From positions 1,922,001-1,986,000 of the forward strand of contig BROI01000001.1 of NCBI GenBank assembly GCA_027923505.1: DNA of 64,000 nt, in the 5' to 3' direction. Position 1 is the stretch's first letter. The number at the start of each line of letters is the position of its first letter. A program made the position numbers and the translations under genes. The notes beneath the pieces were generated by a model, which worked only from the letters and a program-made list of their open reading frames with translations, was not told where the DNA came from and ran no database searches. The DNA is from Mayamaea pseudoterrestris (lineage: Eukaryota). Below, piece by piece: positions 1 through 11,850 of the stretch.

Positions 1-69
1 GGCATTGCCGCTTGATTGAGCAGCAGCGGCCGGGTTGGACGACCAAGATGCATCTTGTGTTGTAGCCAT
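1..69 (-). CDS. 5' end of a gene running off the left edge of the window (MATTQDASWSSNPAAAAQSSGNA...)
   Basis: ATG at 69 in an ACCATGG context, open frame to position 1; product unknown. Confidence 0.5.
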   Translation of the reverse strand, partial: MATTQDASWSSNPAAAAQSSGNA

Positions 70-1121
70 GGTTGTTTTTGCTGCAGCCATTCAATTTGAT
101 TGTATCAATGAGCAATTCCTGTTAGTGCTCGTTCGTCGTTACACGGTGAAACAGCAGCAGTAATAGTCACACAGGATAAGTCTAGCGGATAAGAAACGAG
201 CGGAAGGGATCGGCTGCTGCGCGCTGCTCGTCGCGGAGTCGGCTGCGGAGCCGTAGGATTTTCACGTGAGCCGGCGTACGTGCGACACGAATCAGTCGTT
301 GCAAAAATGACTGTTGCTGCGGAAACACGTTGCTGCAAGCAGAAATCAAAGAGCGGAGCCTGTTTACAATCAAGACTACGCTTGTAGTGCTACTTTGTTG
401 CTGTAGTTGCTATTGTAAGCAAGACAATGGAGAAGAGTCAGACAAAACAAGTTCCTTGCTTGTCTCGGAGAGCAGCTGGGCGCCGAATTTGCCGTTGCGA
501 TCGCGCAGCGAGGGAGCGCCGGCGTGAATATCGTGCATAGTTAAAGTTAATGGGTAGCTATGATTTACTATCTCTATGCGGCCATTCTTTTCCGTCATAC
601 ACCCAGTCAATTGATCTGCCATCGTTTCGAGAAAGAAAGTAGATGTATATAACAAACTATCTAGTTATTTAGTGACCCAATTTTGCTTCTTGACTGGCAT
701 TGTCATTGGCGCACGTATTTGGTTCCTGCATCCATCGAGGAAGTGCAAGGATGTGTCTTTTTGTACCCATCCGACCAGCTACCTAATGAGCAATGTAATT
801 CTCCTTTTTCTTATACTCATTGCTGGCGGGAAAAGTCGAGTGATCAAAAGTAATTATTTGTCTGCAGATAGACAACTTAAAGTTGGAGGGGGTGTCATAT
901 TGTCATATTGCACGGAAGCGAGCTATACAAAGGTGGATAAACCACACTGTGCAGTTCGTGAAGAACGCACTTGTCAACTTGGTAGTTGTATAAAATTCTA
1001 CAATTTAAGCTATGGCGCACTACTCCTATCTTAGTACGTCGCAAAAGCAGAGGGCGAGCAGCAGGCAGGCAGCAGCAATTGAAATAAACTACGCCGCGCA
1101 AAGGTATATTGCCAAATCATA

Positions 1122-1430
1122 CTACTTTGATTCGGCGCTACCAAGCATTTCTTCCAAATCCATTGACGTTCGGGTCCACGCCGATCCTAGTCCAAGGCCA
1201 GCGCCTAAGCCTGCCACTCCTTTTCGGGCGGCCGACGACCCTCCTCCGCCTCGCATCAACACCAAGCCTGCCAAGCCTCCAATTACAAGACCAGCACTTG
1301 ACTGAATAATCATCCTTTCGAAACCTCTTTGGAGAGTCGCAGACACCAATTGATCGGATCTTGGAGCTGTTCTTCTAGCGTCGGAATCGAATTCCATGTT
1401 GCTGCTGTTGTTTGCGGAAGGCGACTGCAT
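1122..1430 (-). CDS. MIC10: MICOS complex subunit Mic10
   Basis: 102 aa with two Gly-rich hydrophobic segments (GLVIGGLAGLV; GLGAGLGLGSAW with GxGxGxG) separated by a basic loop. Confidence 0.85.
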   Translation of the reverse strand: MQSPSANNSSNMEFDSDARRTAPRSDQLVSATLQRGFERMIIQSSAGLVIGGLAGLVLMRGGGGSSAARKGVAGLGAGLGLGSAWTRTSMDLEEMLGSAESK

Positions 1431-1823
1431 GATTTCCTACCCCTTTTTTTCGGATGAATGTGGAAAGTAAGATTTTTTCAATCTGCAGCAGGCAATCACT
1501 TAGTTTTGACTTACTATAAGCTGCTCGTGACAAATAAACTTGTTACTTTGCGCGCAAGTCTGCGAAGAATAATCATGGTCGCGCCGACGCTCGTTGTGAT
1601 GAGTTAGTCCCGCTGCGATAAACGGCAACACCGGAACGACATTACGCACGCGCGAAACGATGGCCGTCCGCAAAACAGCAGCAAGCTGCTGCATGAGGCC
1701 GACCGACTTGCATGTCAGTTGCTATAGATTTGCGTTCGTCCTTGATATAATTGAAAGCAACTGTTGCTTGGCGTCTTCAATAGGGTTTGACGTTTATAAT
1801 TCAGCCTGCTAACGTTAACTAAA

Positions 1824-3767
1824 ATGTACAAGTCACCATCAAGTCGAGGAGGAGGAGGATCATCGACTCCCTACAAACATGGCATTCCCAGCAGTGGTCC
1901 AATTGCCGAGTTTAGCCGCGTCATTGAAGAAACTCCACCCGATCAGTGGCAGCCCCGCAGTGCCGCCTTGCGCAAAATAGTCGATTCTGTTCCGGAAGGT
2001 TCTGCCTACGCCATGGGCGACTATTGGTACAATTCACCGCCCATGCTGCGCCACTTGGCGCTTCCCATTGGCGAACTGCTCAAGGATCCGCGATCCACTG
2101 TAGTCAAGCGCACTTGCGAAGGCTTGACGCGACTCTTTCTCAAGTGCCAATCGGATGGTCGATACTTGTTCAAGGACATTATGCCGGTGATACTGTCGGT
2201 GCACGCGCAAACGGTTCAAATCATTCGAACGGCAGTCCAAGACATGGTCATGGAGATTATTCCAGAAGTGCCTTGCAAAATGGTAATGCCGCTATGGATG
2301 GAGCGACTCAAGGTAGACAAGAGTCGGACCGTTCGAGAAGCGTGCGCCTTGTACTTGGGCCGGGCCTTGCAGTGCTGGACGGAAGAAAACTACTTGACGG
2401 AGGAGATTTGGATGCAGGTTGGATCAACGCTGCTTCGGACACTGCGCGATCCGTCGCCGCAAGCTCGGACGCATGCCAAGACGGCGCTGGAACGATTTGG
2501 TGCCGAGCGACCCGACTTGTTTGATCGACTTGCCAACGATGCGGATGGGCCCGCCGGCAAGGATCCCAAGATGCAGCGCTGGTTGCTGACGCTCAAGCAA
2601 GGAAAGAGTCCAGACGAAGCCGAGGAATTGTCCGTGGCAAGCAAATTTAGTTACAATAGCGAGACGAAATTTCGAGTAACTAGTGGAAGCTTTGCTCGAA
2701 CGGGCAGTCCAGCCAACAGGCGCTACCTTCCAAATATTGACAAGAGTCCGCCTCCTGAAGCTGCAAGCCCGGTGCCAACGAGTATTAGATTCATGGCTGC
2801 TGCCAAATCCAAGGAGGCGGAGGATGACGCGAATGCCAAGCTGGATGACGTCTTGGGTCCTTCGACTACTGCTGCCGATAGAAAAATGGTTTCGTCAAGA
2901 CCAACTGTAGACACTGGAAATGGAAATTACGCCAAGCCCTTCCAGCGTGTCATGGAAACGCCGCCGCGACCATCAACAACTGGAACTCCTCCAAGGCATC
3001 CGTCTACTCCAAACTCAACGTCGGGGCACAAGTCGCCGGCATACTTGAATACAATTGAAGACAATACCGACAATAACAGTATAACCGGTAGCGAGACGGA
3101 TATAGTAGAGAGTAACAGCTTTCCATCTGATCTCAACGCGGCTTTCGACAAGGCACCCAGGGATGGTTCTATAACGGAAACACCAAAGGCAACTGCAAGC
3201 GCACAAGTTACTGCAACCATTGGCAAGCCGCCGAGAAAGCCTGTTGCAGTGGATACAGCGGTTGCCAAATTGGACGAGGAAGGACCGTTCATTGCCAGCA
3301 TGCAGGAGCTCAAGAAGCATGCATCGCAACGCCGAAGTCGCAATTCCATCTTAATGGCGGAACGTTTCAAAATATCGGGTAGTTTCAGTGAGCTCGATAA
3401 TGGGGATGAAGAGCCTGGAAAGCAGGGAGATCATGGAGCAGCATCAGACGTGTTTGCCGAGGAGGAGGAAGAAAAGTTGTCGCCAATCAAGCCGTTCACA
3501 ACCGCTCCGGAGCACATGGTGATTGCGATTCGGTTGCTGCGAGCTCACAAGGAGCACGTTGACAATATCATGGAGACGCTCAAGATTGAAATGGACACGT
3601 TGCGAGACTTTGACAAGCTGTTGGAGCAGCCAGGGCGACCAACCGAGGAGGAAGTGTTGGATTATTTTGAAAGCGTGGGTTTGTGTTTGGATCAAAGGAA
3701 TCAAGCGGGCTCGAGCTTGCAAAAGGAAATGGATCGTATCAGTCGAGGCGAGCCACCTCAAGAGTAG
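1824..3767 (+). CDS. CLASP-N/TOG HEAT-repeat microtubule-associated protein with a C-terminal helical domain resembling the kinesin-13 tail
   Basis: 647-aa single-exon ORF; HEAT signatures DQWQPR, LLKDPRSTVVKRTC, DKSRTVREAC, LRDPSPQAR; S/T/P-rich linker. Confidence 0.8.
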   Translation: MYKSPSSRGGGGSSTPYKHGIPSSGPIAEFSRVIEETPPDQWQPRSAALRKIVDSVPEGSAYAMGDYWYNSPPMLRHLALPIGELLKDPRSTVVKRTCEGLTRLFLKCQSDGRYLFKDIMPVILSVHAQTVQIIRTAVQDMVMEIIPEVPCKMVMPLWMERLKVDKSRTVREACALYLGRALQCWTEENYLTEEIWMQVGSTLLRTLRDPSPQARTHAKTALERFGAERPDLFDRLANDADGPAGKDPKMQRWLLTLKQGKSPDEAEELSVASKFSYNSETKFRVTSGSFARTGSPANRRYLPNIDKSPPPEAASPVPTSIRFMAAAKSKEAEDDANAKLDDVLGPSTTAADRKMVSSRPTVDTGNGNYAKPFQRVMETPPRPSTTGTPPRHPSTPNSTSGHKSPAYLNTIEDNTDNNSITGSETDIVESNSFPSDLNAAFDKAPRDGSITETPKATASAQVTATIGKPPRKPVAVDTAVAKLDEEGPFIASMQELKKHASQRRSRNSILMAERFKISGSFSELDNGDEEPGKQGDHGAASDVFAEEEEEKLSPIKPFTTAPEHMVIAIRLLRAHKEHVDNIMETLKIEMDTLRDFDKLLEQPGRPTEEEVLDYFESVGLCLDQRNQAGSSLQKEMDRISRGEPPQE

Positions 3768-3917
3768 CACTAAATGTAATAATGATGTCTTTGTTTTCTA
3801 TTTAATTTTTATTTCTTTACATAATTAAAGACTTACGTTAACTTGCTATTTACTGTGCAACACACATCCATGAATATGATTCCCATTCGCAAACGAAGAA
3901 CACAGTGCAAACATCAA

Positions 3918-5381
3918 CTAGAACCCAAACGACGATTGCTGCGCATATTGCGGCGCAGGCGGCGCACCAAAGGGTGTCTGCGGCGACGGAGGTTGCTGTC
4001 CATAGTACGACATTGCAGGATTTTGTGCCGGCTGCTGTGGAGGTTGATGCTGCTGTTGCTGCTGCGGAGGCTGCGCAAACGATGGCGCCGATCCATAACT
4101 CGCATAACTTTGGGCACTCGGCGACTGCAGTGCCTGTTGGAAATTGCCAGTCGAGTTGTACATTGGTCCTCCTCCTCCATACTGCTGCTGCTGAAGCGGC
4201 GGAGGTGGATTCATGGCGTACGCACTTGGAGCTGGCGCACCAGCAGTCGGCTGATAGGGAGTCAAGGCGCCAACGTTGCCCGTCGCATCTGGCTGACCGG
4301 TAAAGGAGCCATTTGGCGCCTGTCCAAACGCTTGTGTCGGTGGTTGCTGACCAAACGCCTGCTGCTGTCCGTAGGCATCGTAGCTCGCTGGAGGCGCCTG
4401 CTGCTGCTGTCCATACATGTTTCCATATCCTGCTTGCGCAGTTTGCTGGCCATAACTTGGTGAGGTCGCTGCTGGTTGTGCTTGACCATACATTCCTCCT
4501 CCAGCAGAATATGGTTGCTCGTACGACAATTGCTGCTGCTGTTGTGGCTGCTGCTGCTGCGGCTGTCCATAGGCATTGTGAAACGACCCCTGCGACTGAA
4601 GTCGCTGCGAGTCAAACGCCGAGTCTATGGAGAGACTGGATGTAAACTGCTGCTGTCCTCCAAACGCTGGAACCATTTGTTGCTGCAGCAATGGCGCTTG
4701 ATTCACAACCGGTTCGTCAAAGTTGAGCAAATTCTCCTCGCGCACCATGGGAGCCTGCTGCTGACTGCTCGAGCGATTACCAGAGTCATGACTACCAGTC
4801 TTTCGTATCTGCTGGTCTCGCAACTCCTTTAAACTCTCCACCTTGGCCGTGGCAATGGCCTTGCGCTCCTCGGGCGACATGGGTGAGTCGCGTCCGCCGC
4901 CATGTTGCCGCTGCCCACCACGAGGTTCCACGTCGCGCACCTGCATGCGCGGCGTACCGAGTTCAAAGATGCGATTGAACTGAAAGTAGCTCACTCCGTT
5001 GACTCTCAAGTCAAAGGGTTTCACGTCCGGAAACTCTGGTTGCTTTGGCTGCGTAATGAAATGCACTCGATACTTGTCGTTGCCTTCCTTCAAACTAAAC
5101 ACATGCTGCCAGGACCGATCCTGCGTCCATCCATTCATACCCGACTCGCTATAGTGAACCTCCTTGCCGTCCACAAAGAGGTTGCGCTTGCCCGACGCCA
5201 AGCTCCAGACAAAGGTGAGCTCGTGCTCCGAGCCGCGACACTGCGCACCCGTCGAGCCGTCGCGGCAGGCCTGCGGATTGGCAAAGCCGAATTTAAATAA
5301 AATCTTCTTTTTGGAAAAGCCAAGCGTCTTGGCGGCATTCTTGACGCTGTAGTCAACTTGGTAGGGAATGAAAGTTGACAT
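3918..5381 (-). CDS. FAIM-like beta-domain protein with UIM, clathrin box and Q/P/G/Y-rich tail
   Basis: Probable start MSTFIPY (ATG 5381); motifs SGKRNLFVDGKE, IATAKVESLKE, LLNFD; low-complexity C-terminal half. Confidence 0.7.
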   Translation of the reverse strand: MSTFIPYQVDYSVKNAAKTLGFSKKKILFKFGFANPQACRDGSTGAQCRGSEHELTFVWSLASGKRNLFVDGKEVHYSESGMNGWTQDRSWQHVFSLKEGNDKYRVHFITQPKQPEFPDVKPFDLRVNGVSYFQFNRIFELGTPRMQVRDVEPRGGQRQHGGGRDSPMSPEERKAIATAKVESLKELRDQQIRKTGSHDSGNRSSSQQQAPMVREENLLNFDEPVVNQAPLLQQQMVPAFGGQQQFTSSLSIDSAFDSQRLQSQGSFHNAYGQPQQQQPQQQQQLSYEQPYSAGGGMYGQAQPAATSPSYGQQTAQAGYGNMYGQQQQAPPASYDAYGQQQAFGQQPPTQAFGQAPNGSFTGQPDATGNVGALTPYQPTAGAPAPSAYAMNPPPPLQQQQYGGGGPMYNSTGNFQQALQSPSAQSYASYGSAPSFAQPPQQQQQHQPPQQPAQNPAMSYYGQQPPSPQTPFGAPPAPQYAQQSSFGF

Positions 5382-5985
5382 GGTTGTTATGTGCTGCAGT
5401 AGGTGCAAGCAAGCAAGCAGGGAGCAGTGACGTGGAACTCGAGTAGTTGGAGTTGTGAAAGCGGAGGCTGCAAGTGGAGTAAGCACGATGATTTAGACCT
5501 TTATCCAAAGCTTACTTCAACGGTGCTGCTCTCCAGTAGTAGCGACTATAGTAGAGTTGGTTTGATGCGACTAAACTGAACTGGCTGTATTGCAAGGTGT
5601 GATGGATGACCCGCGCAGTCGACGATCCTTGCGGTTCGTTTCGCACTACTTTTTGGCGTGCGTAATTGCGTTCGGCAATAGTCGTCAGGTAGAAAACGTG
5701 TGGGTTTGTAGACGCTAGCGAGTAGCTCGATCGCGGCCATGAACGTTAGCGCGTGCGCCGCACACGCACAGTTCAGCTACGGTACCGGTAGATGAAAGCA
5801 GATATAGCTCTACTGTACGAGTATGCATATGCAGCTGCTAATGATATGTTGTCAGCAAAAACTACGGATATCTACAATGCAGGTGTGCAAAGAATGATAG
5901 CCATGATGGCTTGCTTTGCGCATCCCATACATATCATCCACATGCATGCAAATGCAAAATAGAAACTATGTAATATACATACAAG

Positions 5986-8214
5986 CTAATCCAGATCATC
6001 TGAAGTATTCACTTGTATGAAGGCTTGATCTGGAAACTCACCAATATGAGCTGCCGCATGAAGCTGCGGGTCAAGTGTTTGTAATACTTGCCGCGAGGTA
6101 GCTCGGCTTTCATCAGCTAAGAGGGAACCGTCGCAACTGCCTTGCTCCGACCGATGATACAATTCCCTCAGTTGTATTACTTCCTCATCAAGGCTAACAT
6201 CTTCAGGGTTGCCATCCAGATATGATAAACATGACCCACCAATTGAGTACTCGCATTCATCGCAGTTAGTGGCATCATCATCTATCTCCTCGAGTGTTGT
6301 TGTGATGGTTTGCGAGCCGTCTGGATGTGTCAGGACTTTTATCGTCTTTTTCTCGTTTCCGCTATATTCGACTGTCACTGTGATCTTTTCAACATCTGCG
6401 TCCAGTGGCTGGATGTTAACAATCCTTTCAGATGGTACGTGACTGGCGCCACCACGATAAGAGTTGCTGATGGCGGCCTCATCCTGAAGCTGGGCTTCTC
6501 GTCCAGCTTGCTGACTTATATTCATGCCCTTAGGTTCCGGTAAATGGTCTTTGCTACGGAAGACTTTTGATGGAGCGTGATCGCTTACAGTGCTTGAATT
6601 GACTGGTAGAAATTTGCTTGCGTCGACAATGCTGATCAATGGCCCATCTGGCGGTGGCACGGAAATGACAATGACGCACAGAGAAACCATAAGCAGCACA
6701 TTCAGTATGACCCACACACTGTTATACAAACAAAGAGTGATTGGTGAGAAGGTGTTGAAGGATTGATCGCAAAATCTGATACAACGTTATCAGACGTACC
6801 CCAGCTTTCCAGGCACGCAGTCAACAAGATCGTTCATGCTGCACGTCTCCGTCTTGTACACAAAGAATGTCAAGAGCTGCGAAAATGTTGCGCACGGCAG
6901 CAGCAGGCGTATCATTAGCCAAATTTCCCTCCGCGCGCGATGCGCAAAGACTTGCCAAAGTTTGAGCAAGCATATAAAGGTCATTAAAAAGGCCGTGACG
7001 CCGCCAAAGATTCTGCCAGCCTGAAAGGGCGCGTCAAAATCCATTCGCGTCGCATGCGGATAGTCGACGCATCCAATCAACTTGCCGCGGTAGTATACGC
7101 CGCGCGAAAAGAGACCGACGCCCGAAAAGTTGTCCTGACTGCCATTGGACGGTCCCACCAGCATGAAGGTGCATCGCTGGACTCCAATTATGCTCAAGAG
7201 CCATGATACCAAAAATAGACAAAGGAGCGTAATGCGAAAGATTCGTTGACTACGCCAACCCATGATGGTATTTGCGTTCGAGTTTCTACCTGCCGCCTCT
7301 ATCGCAAATGACGGCGGCAGATTGTATGGATCAAGCTCTTCCATGGCAGCCTCGGGGCAAGCGTTGATTGTAGCTCTTGCTGCTTTGGCATGCGAACGAT
7401 CGTACGCATATTTATTTTGTAAATTCACCCGCTTATTTGATGCTTTCGGTGTAGTCGTTCGCTCAAGATGATGCGTCGGCGACTCCTGCCACCAGGCGAG
7501 CCAAGCAGTTGTTGGAACAGACTCGAGATAATACATGGCGGCCGCTGTTCCGAGAATAATGACGTTAAATGACGACAATATCCCTTGATGATTCGATGAT
7601 TGGAGTTAACATTTGTGAGACGGAAAAGAGACATGACGCCTTTGTGCAGCTCACGACGAAGAAAACGTACCAACTCCAGTCAACTTGCAGTCGCTCACTT
7701 GACACAAGTAGTCACTGCCGAGCGCAAAGAAAGTAAACATTTGCGACACTGTTGCCGTCATGAGCAAGTATTTCCCAAGCGACCAAAGAAGCTTGCCGCT
7801 GCGACGAGGCAGGCAGCACAGCACCGTCAGCAAGCACGCCAAGCTTGTGCAGGAAAAGAGCGCCGTGAACGTTCCAAACGCTCGTCCGGCCTTGAGCATG
7901 GAATCAAAATCGTCGTGGTCAGTGTACTGGACGCATCCAAGCTTGGCGCCAGTGTCATTGTCGTAAATGGATCGACTGTAGAGGCCGACTTGGATCTTGT
8001 CGACGAGTCCGGCGCTTGACGAAACGTTTTGCGTATTTTCAATCATGAAAGAGCATTGCGTCAAGGCCAAAATGGAAAAGAGCGTCGCCAAAGTATGTGT
8101 CGCAAGCAACAGGATTTTGCGAGATGGATAGTATAAACTCCATTGCGAATTGTTCAAGGATCGTTCCTCCATGCTAACGGTGCTGCTTTGGGTTGTCGAC
8201 GAGAAGAATGTCAT
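5986..8214 (-). CDS. Multi-pass membrane protein with two tandem 4-TM (claudin/LHFPL-like) units and an acidic cytosolic tail; 3 exons
   Basis: Exons 8214-7671, 7583-6800 and 6718-5986 join in frame (2061 nt) through GTACGT...AG introns; repeated motifs CxFM, VGL(Y/F)SR, GCVxY, FDxxxxAGRxFG, ATxSQ. Confidence 0.75.
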
Positions 8215-8546
8215 GTTCTGTTCGATTCAATTGTCTCGTTGCTGTTCTTGCTCTTGTCTCATGCACCCCCATTGGCAACTCCATGCCCTTGACGCCACTT
8301 CGAGTTTGCGGAAAGCGTTGCAGCATGGTACAATTTTTGGGTGCGCAACGCATGGTCCCGCTGGCTCGAGGTGCGCGATGAAACGATGGACGAGGAAAGC
8401 GTGACATAACCGGTGCGACATTTGTCATGGGATCCTCATTCATTCGTTCGTTCTGATTCACACAGCTTTGCCATGCCGATGACAAAATTCATTGATCGAC
8501 TTTCGACAATCAACCTATCAAGACGCGAGCTAAGCTACCATTGACA

Positions 8547-10599
8547 ATGCTAAAAACTTTAGCATCTCTCTCGCTTTCGCTACTAGTGACATTCCAAAAA
8601 TCCATTGCCTTTGCTCCAGCATCTTCGCATCACTCATTGCCACAACATCCAAAGCACCGACTACCAACATCTTTGCAAGCATCAAAGTCACACAATGACA
8701 TTACATCGGAAGCAGACATTGTCGTGATTGGCTCTGGACTCGCCGGCTTGTCGTGCGCCGCGTTACTGGCCCACTGCGGACGCAAGGTACTCGTGCTCGA
8801 GTCGCACGACACGCCAGGCGGATGTGCGCACAGCTGGGAGCGCAAGGGGTTTCACTTTGAGAGTGGACCGTCTTTGTATAGTGGCTTGAGTATGGATCGG
8901 TCGCCGAATCCTTTGAAGAATGTCATGCAAATTATAGAGGAGGACTGCGAATGGATCACGTATGATCGATGGGGAACGGTATTGCCGAGCAAGTAAGTTT
9001 TAAGGGTTCAAAGCAACGTTTATTGCGTTCGACAAGGATACTAAGACTCAGGACGTCTGTCTTTGTTTATATTTTTGAACTCTGCAGAGAAAAGTTTGCA
9101 GCCAAGCTCGGTCCAGAAGAGTTTGCCGACGTGCTCGAGAAATATGGTGGACCAGGTGCGCAGGAGGAGTTTGATAGGCTCATGGCTCGCATGAAGCCGC
9201 TCTCTAACGCGGCGCAAGGTGAGTGATTTGTGTTGGTAAATTGGAGTGATATTTGCATGTGGCTGTCGAATGTATTCTTGATGTTTAAAGTGTGCCGCTA
9301 AGTTGTCACTGCATCCATCTCGAGTCAGCTCTCACCTCGCTGGCGCTGCGAGAGGACCCTTGGGCGATTATTACTTTGTTAAAGTACCCAAAGGAGCTCC
9401 TTACTACGCTAAGCCAAGGCCAGCAGCTTAACGAGCCATTCGCCAAGGTCATGGAGGAGATTGGAATAAAAAATGAGTTTGTCAAGAATTGGCTCGACAT
9501 GCTTTGCTTTTTACTTCAAGGCATGCCAGCGGCGTCCACCATGAACGCAGTCATGGCGTACATGCTGGCAGACTGGTATCGACCTGGCGTGGTTTTGGAC
9601 TATCCAAAGGGAGGCAGTGGCGCAATTGCCGATGCGCTTGTGCGTGGTGTGACAAAGCATGGATCCAAAGTGATAATGAACGCGCATGTTGACGAGATTT
9701 TGGTGGAGGACGGGCGAGCGTCAGGTGTCAAACTTGCAGACGGCACGATTGTTCGCGCCAAGGAAGCAGTCGTCTCCAATGCAGATCTCTTTGTGACAAA
9801 CTCGCTACTATCTGCTGCTCGGCAAGCTGGTGAGCTACCAACTGAAATGGCGGAGGAGATGGACCGCTTGACAAGCACCCAAGTTGATGCTCCAGGTGCT
9901 GTGCGCAATTTGCCATCATTCATCCATTTGCATGCAGGCATTGATGCTACGGGTCTACCTGAAGTTCCGAGTGCAGACTTTCCAGCTCAATGGGCGGTAA
10001 TACGCGACTGGGAGCGTGGAGTAGAAGCGCCTCGAAATATAGTGTTGTGCAGCATGCCGTCATTGATTGATCCAACCATGGCTCCATCAGGCAAGCATGT
10101 GCTGCATGCATATACCCCCGCTACGGAACCGTATGAAGATTGGGCAAACATGGACCGGCAATCAAGCGAGTACAAGAAAAAGAAGGAAGATGCAGCCGAC
10201 TTTTTGTGGAGCGCCATTGAGGAGTACATTCCCGATGCTCGAAAACGTGCTGTTCCGGGAACTGTACAAATAGGAACACCTTTGACCCATGAACGATTCC
10301 TTCGACGAACCGCGTAAGTATTTTAGTGTTTGCACTTGATGGTTTATTCTCTTTACCCTAACTCATTGCACCATCGCTCCTTGCACAGCGGAAGTTACGG
10401 AGCCCGCATCGACGTTGGCAAGGGCGAGACACTGCCGGCACACAAGACCAAGCTTAAAGGCTTGTATCGAACTGGGGACTATTCATTCCCTGGCATTGGA
10501 GTGCCGGCAACGGCAGCGGCTGGTGCAATCGTTGCAAACAGCATTGTATCTGTCGGCGACCACTTGAAGATGCTGAACAAAATCAGGCTACCATCGTAA
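8547..10599 (+). CDS. Plastid-targeted carotenoid isomerase-like (CRTISO/CrtH family) FAD oxidoreductase; 4 exons
   Basis: Signal peptide plus SIA-FAP motif; GSGLAG Rossmann motif, GGCAHSW, FESGPS, GTPLTHERFL, FPGIGVPA; introns 8993-9087, 9219-9328, 10314-10388. Confidence 0.9.
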
Positions 10600-10639
10600 A
10601 TCAATTATGTTCAAATTTGGCTGGCAGATGTATGTAACG

Positions 10640-11850
10640 CTATTGCTTGCTATTAAGTACGAAGCTTACCACTATATTTGTCATTCGATGCCTTCCTTCC
10701 AGTAAATGCACGGCATGATCGCACTCCGTCAATATGCTCCACGTTCGGTCCGACGCACGCCCCAGTCGACAAAACAGCTCCTGCTGCACATGCAATGGAG
10801 CGTACGGATCTTGATCGCCAGCTAGCACTAGTGTAGGAATGTTGATGCGAGCAGGATCGCAATTGTTGAATTGATACAAATGCTTCCACCTGGCCTTGAT
10901 TGGATCTGAAATGAGAGCGGCTTCGGCAAATTTGCAGGCGGGCATTGGAGGTATTGTTCCCTCAATGGTAAAGTCTTCGACTGCCGCATCAAACGTGTTG
11001 TAAACAGTCGTTTGGTTTTGCTTGCTTGTGTATAAAGGCTCCCTTGGATAGCGCACCATTGGGTCGTAAATGGAGCCGTACAATATAACCTTTGAGATGG
11101 GCGTACTCTTCTTTTGCGCCGCCAGTTGAGCAATGAGCGCTCCCTGGCTCCAGCCAAGTAGGCTGGGCTTTTGTGATCGCTCCACATGTGTCATTCCGTG
11201 ACGCTCGGCAATCCATTCCAAGACGGAGGTAGTGTCTTCGACGCAACGGTTTGGTTCAACATGGTTTGACTCATCGTAAGGAGTGCCACCAAAGCCTCGA
11301 AAGTCCATCATGTAAGGTTGCAGGCCTAGAAACATGAATACAGCATGATGAGAAACGAGTTTTCGGGCAGCATGGTTGTTAGACATCTCTCCTTACGACG
11401 CACGCACGCACCTTTGGCCAATAACGCTTCCATGAACGATCGTGACTCTTCACTCGCCTGTCGATCACTCTGCGCGTCCAAGTGCAAATGAAAGACTGGC
11501 ACCGATGACCAAGTGCGCCCATGCAGTAGTAGTATTGGATGCAACGTGGAATCTTGCTGGAACTGACTTGGTTCTTGACTTTGAATGCCATAGACGGCCA
11601 ATGGATGGTCATCTCCAGAGGCTGGTACGCTGTATACATCCAGCCCAGTCAATAAATGCGTTCCATTCGTTCCAAGAGGAGTGGTTTCAAAGGTTTTTGC
11701 GGACATTGTGCTTGCTATTGCTGTAAAGGAACGTTTCGTTCTGGTGGCAATCGGCATCAAGGCTGAACAACCTCGGCTAGTCGATCGCATTAATACTGCA
11801 AGAACCATGATGAACGTGCAGCTATATAACTCGTGAAACAGTTTTATCAT
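10640..11850 (-). CDS. Alpha/beta hydrolase; 2 exons
   Basis: LLHGRTW, DFRGFGGT, GWSQG nucleophile elbow, GDQD and DHAVH; intron 11326-11411 restores the frame; start uncertain. Confidence 0.85.

Noticed and set aside
330..1100. Small ORFs upstream of the left-edge gene
   Set aside because: Overlapping, mostly non-ATG starts, no domain; probably UTR or promoter sequence
3843..4832. Long plus-strand Leu/Arg-rich ORFs
   Set aside because: Antisense shadows of the CAG-rich low-complexity tail of the minus-strand gene
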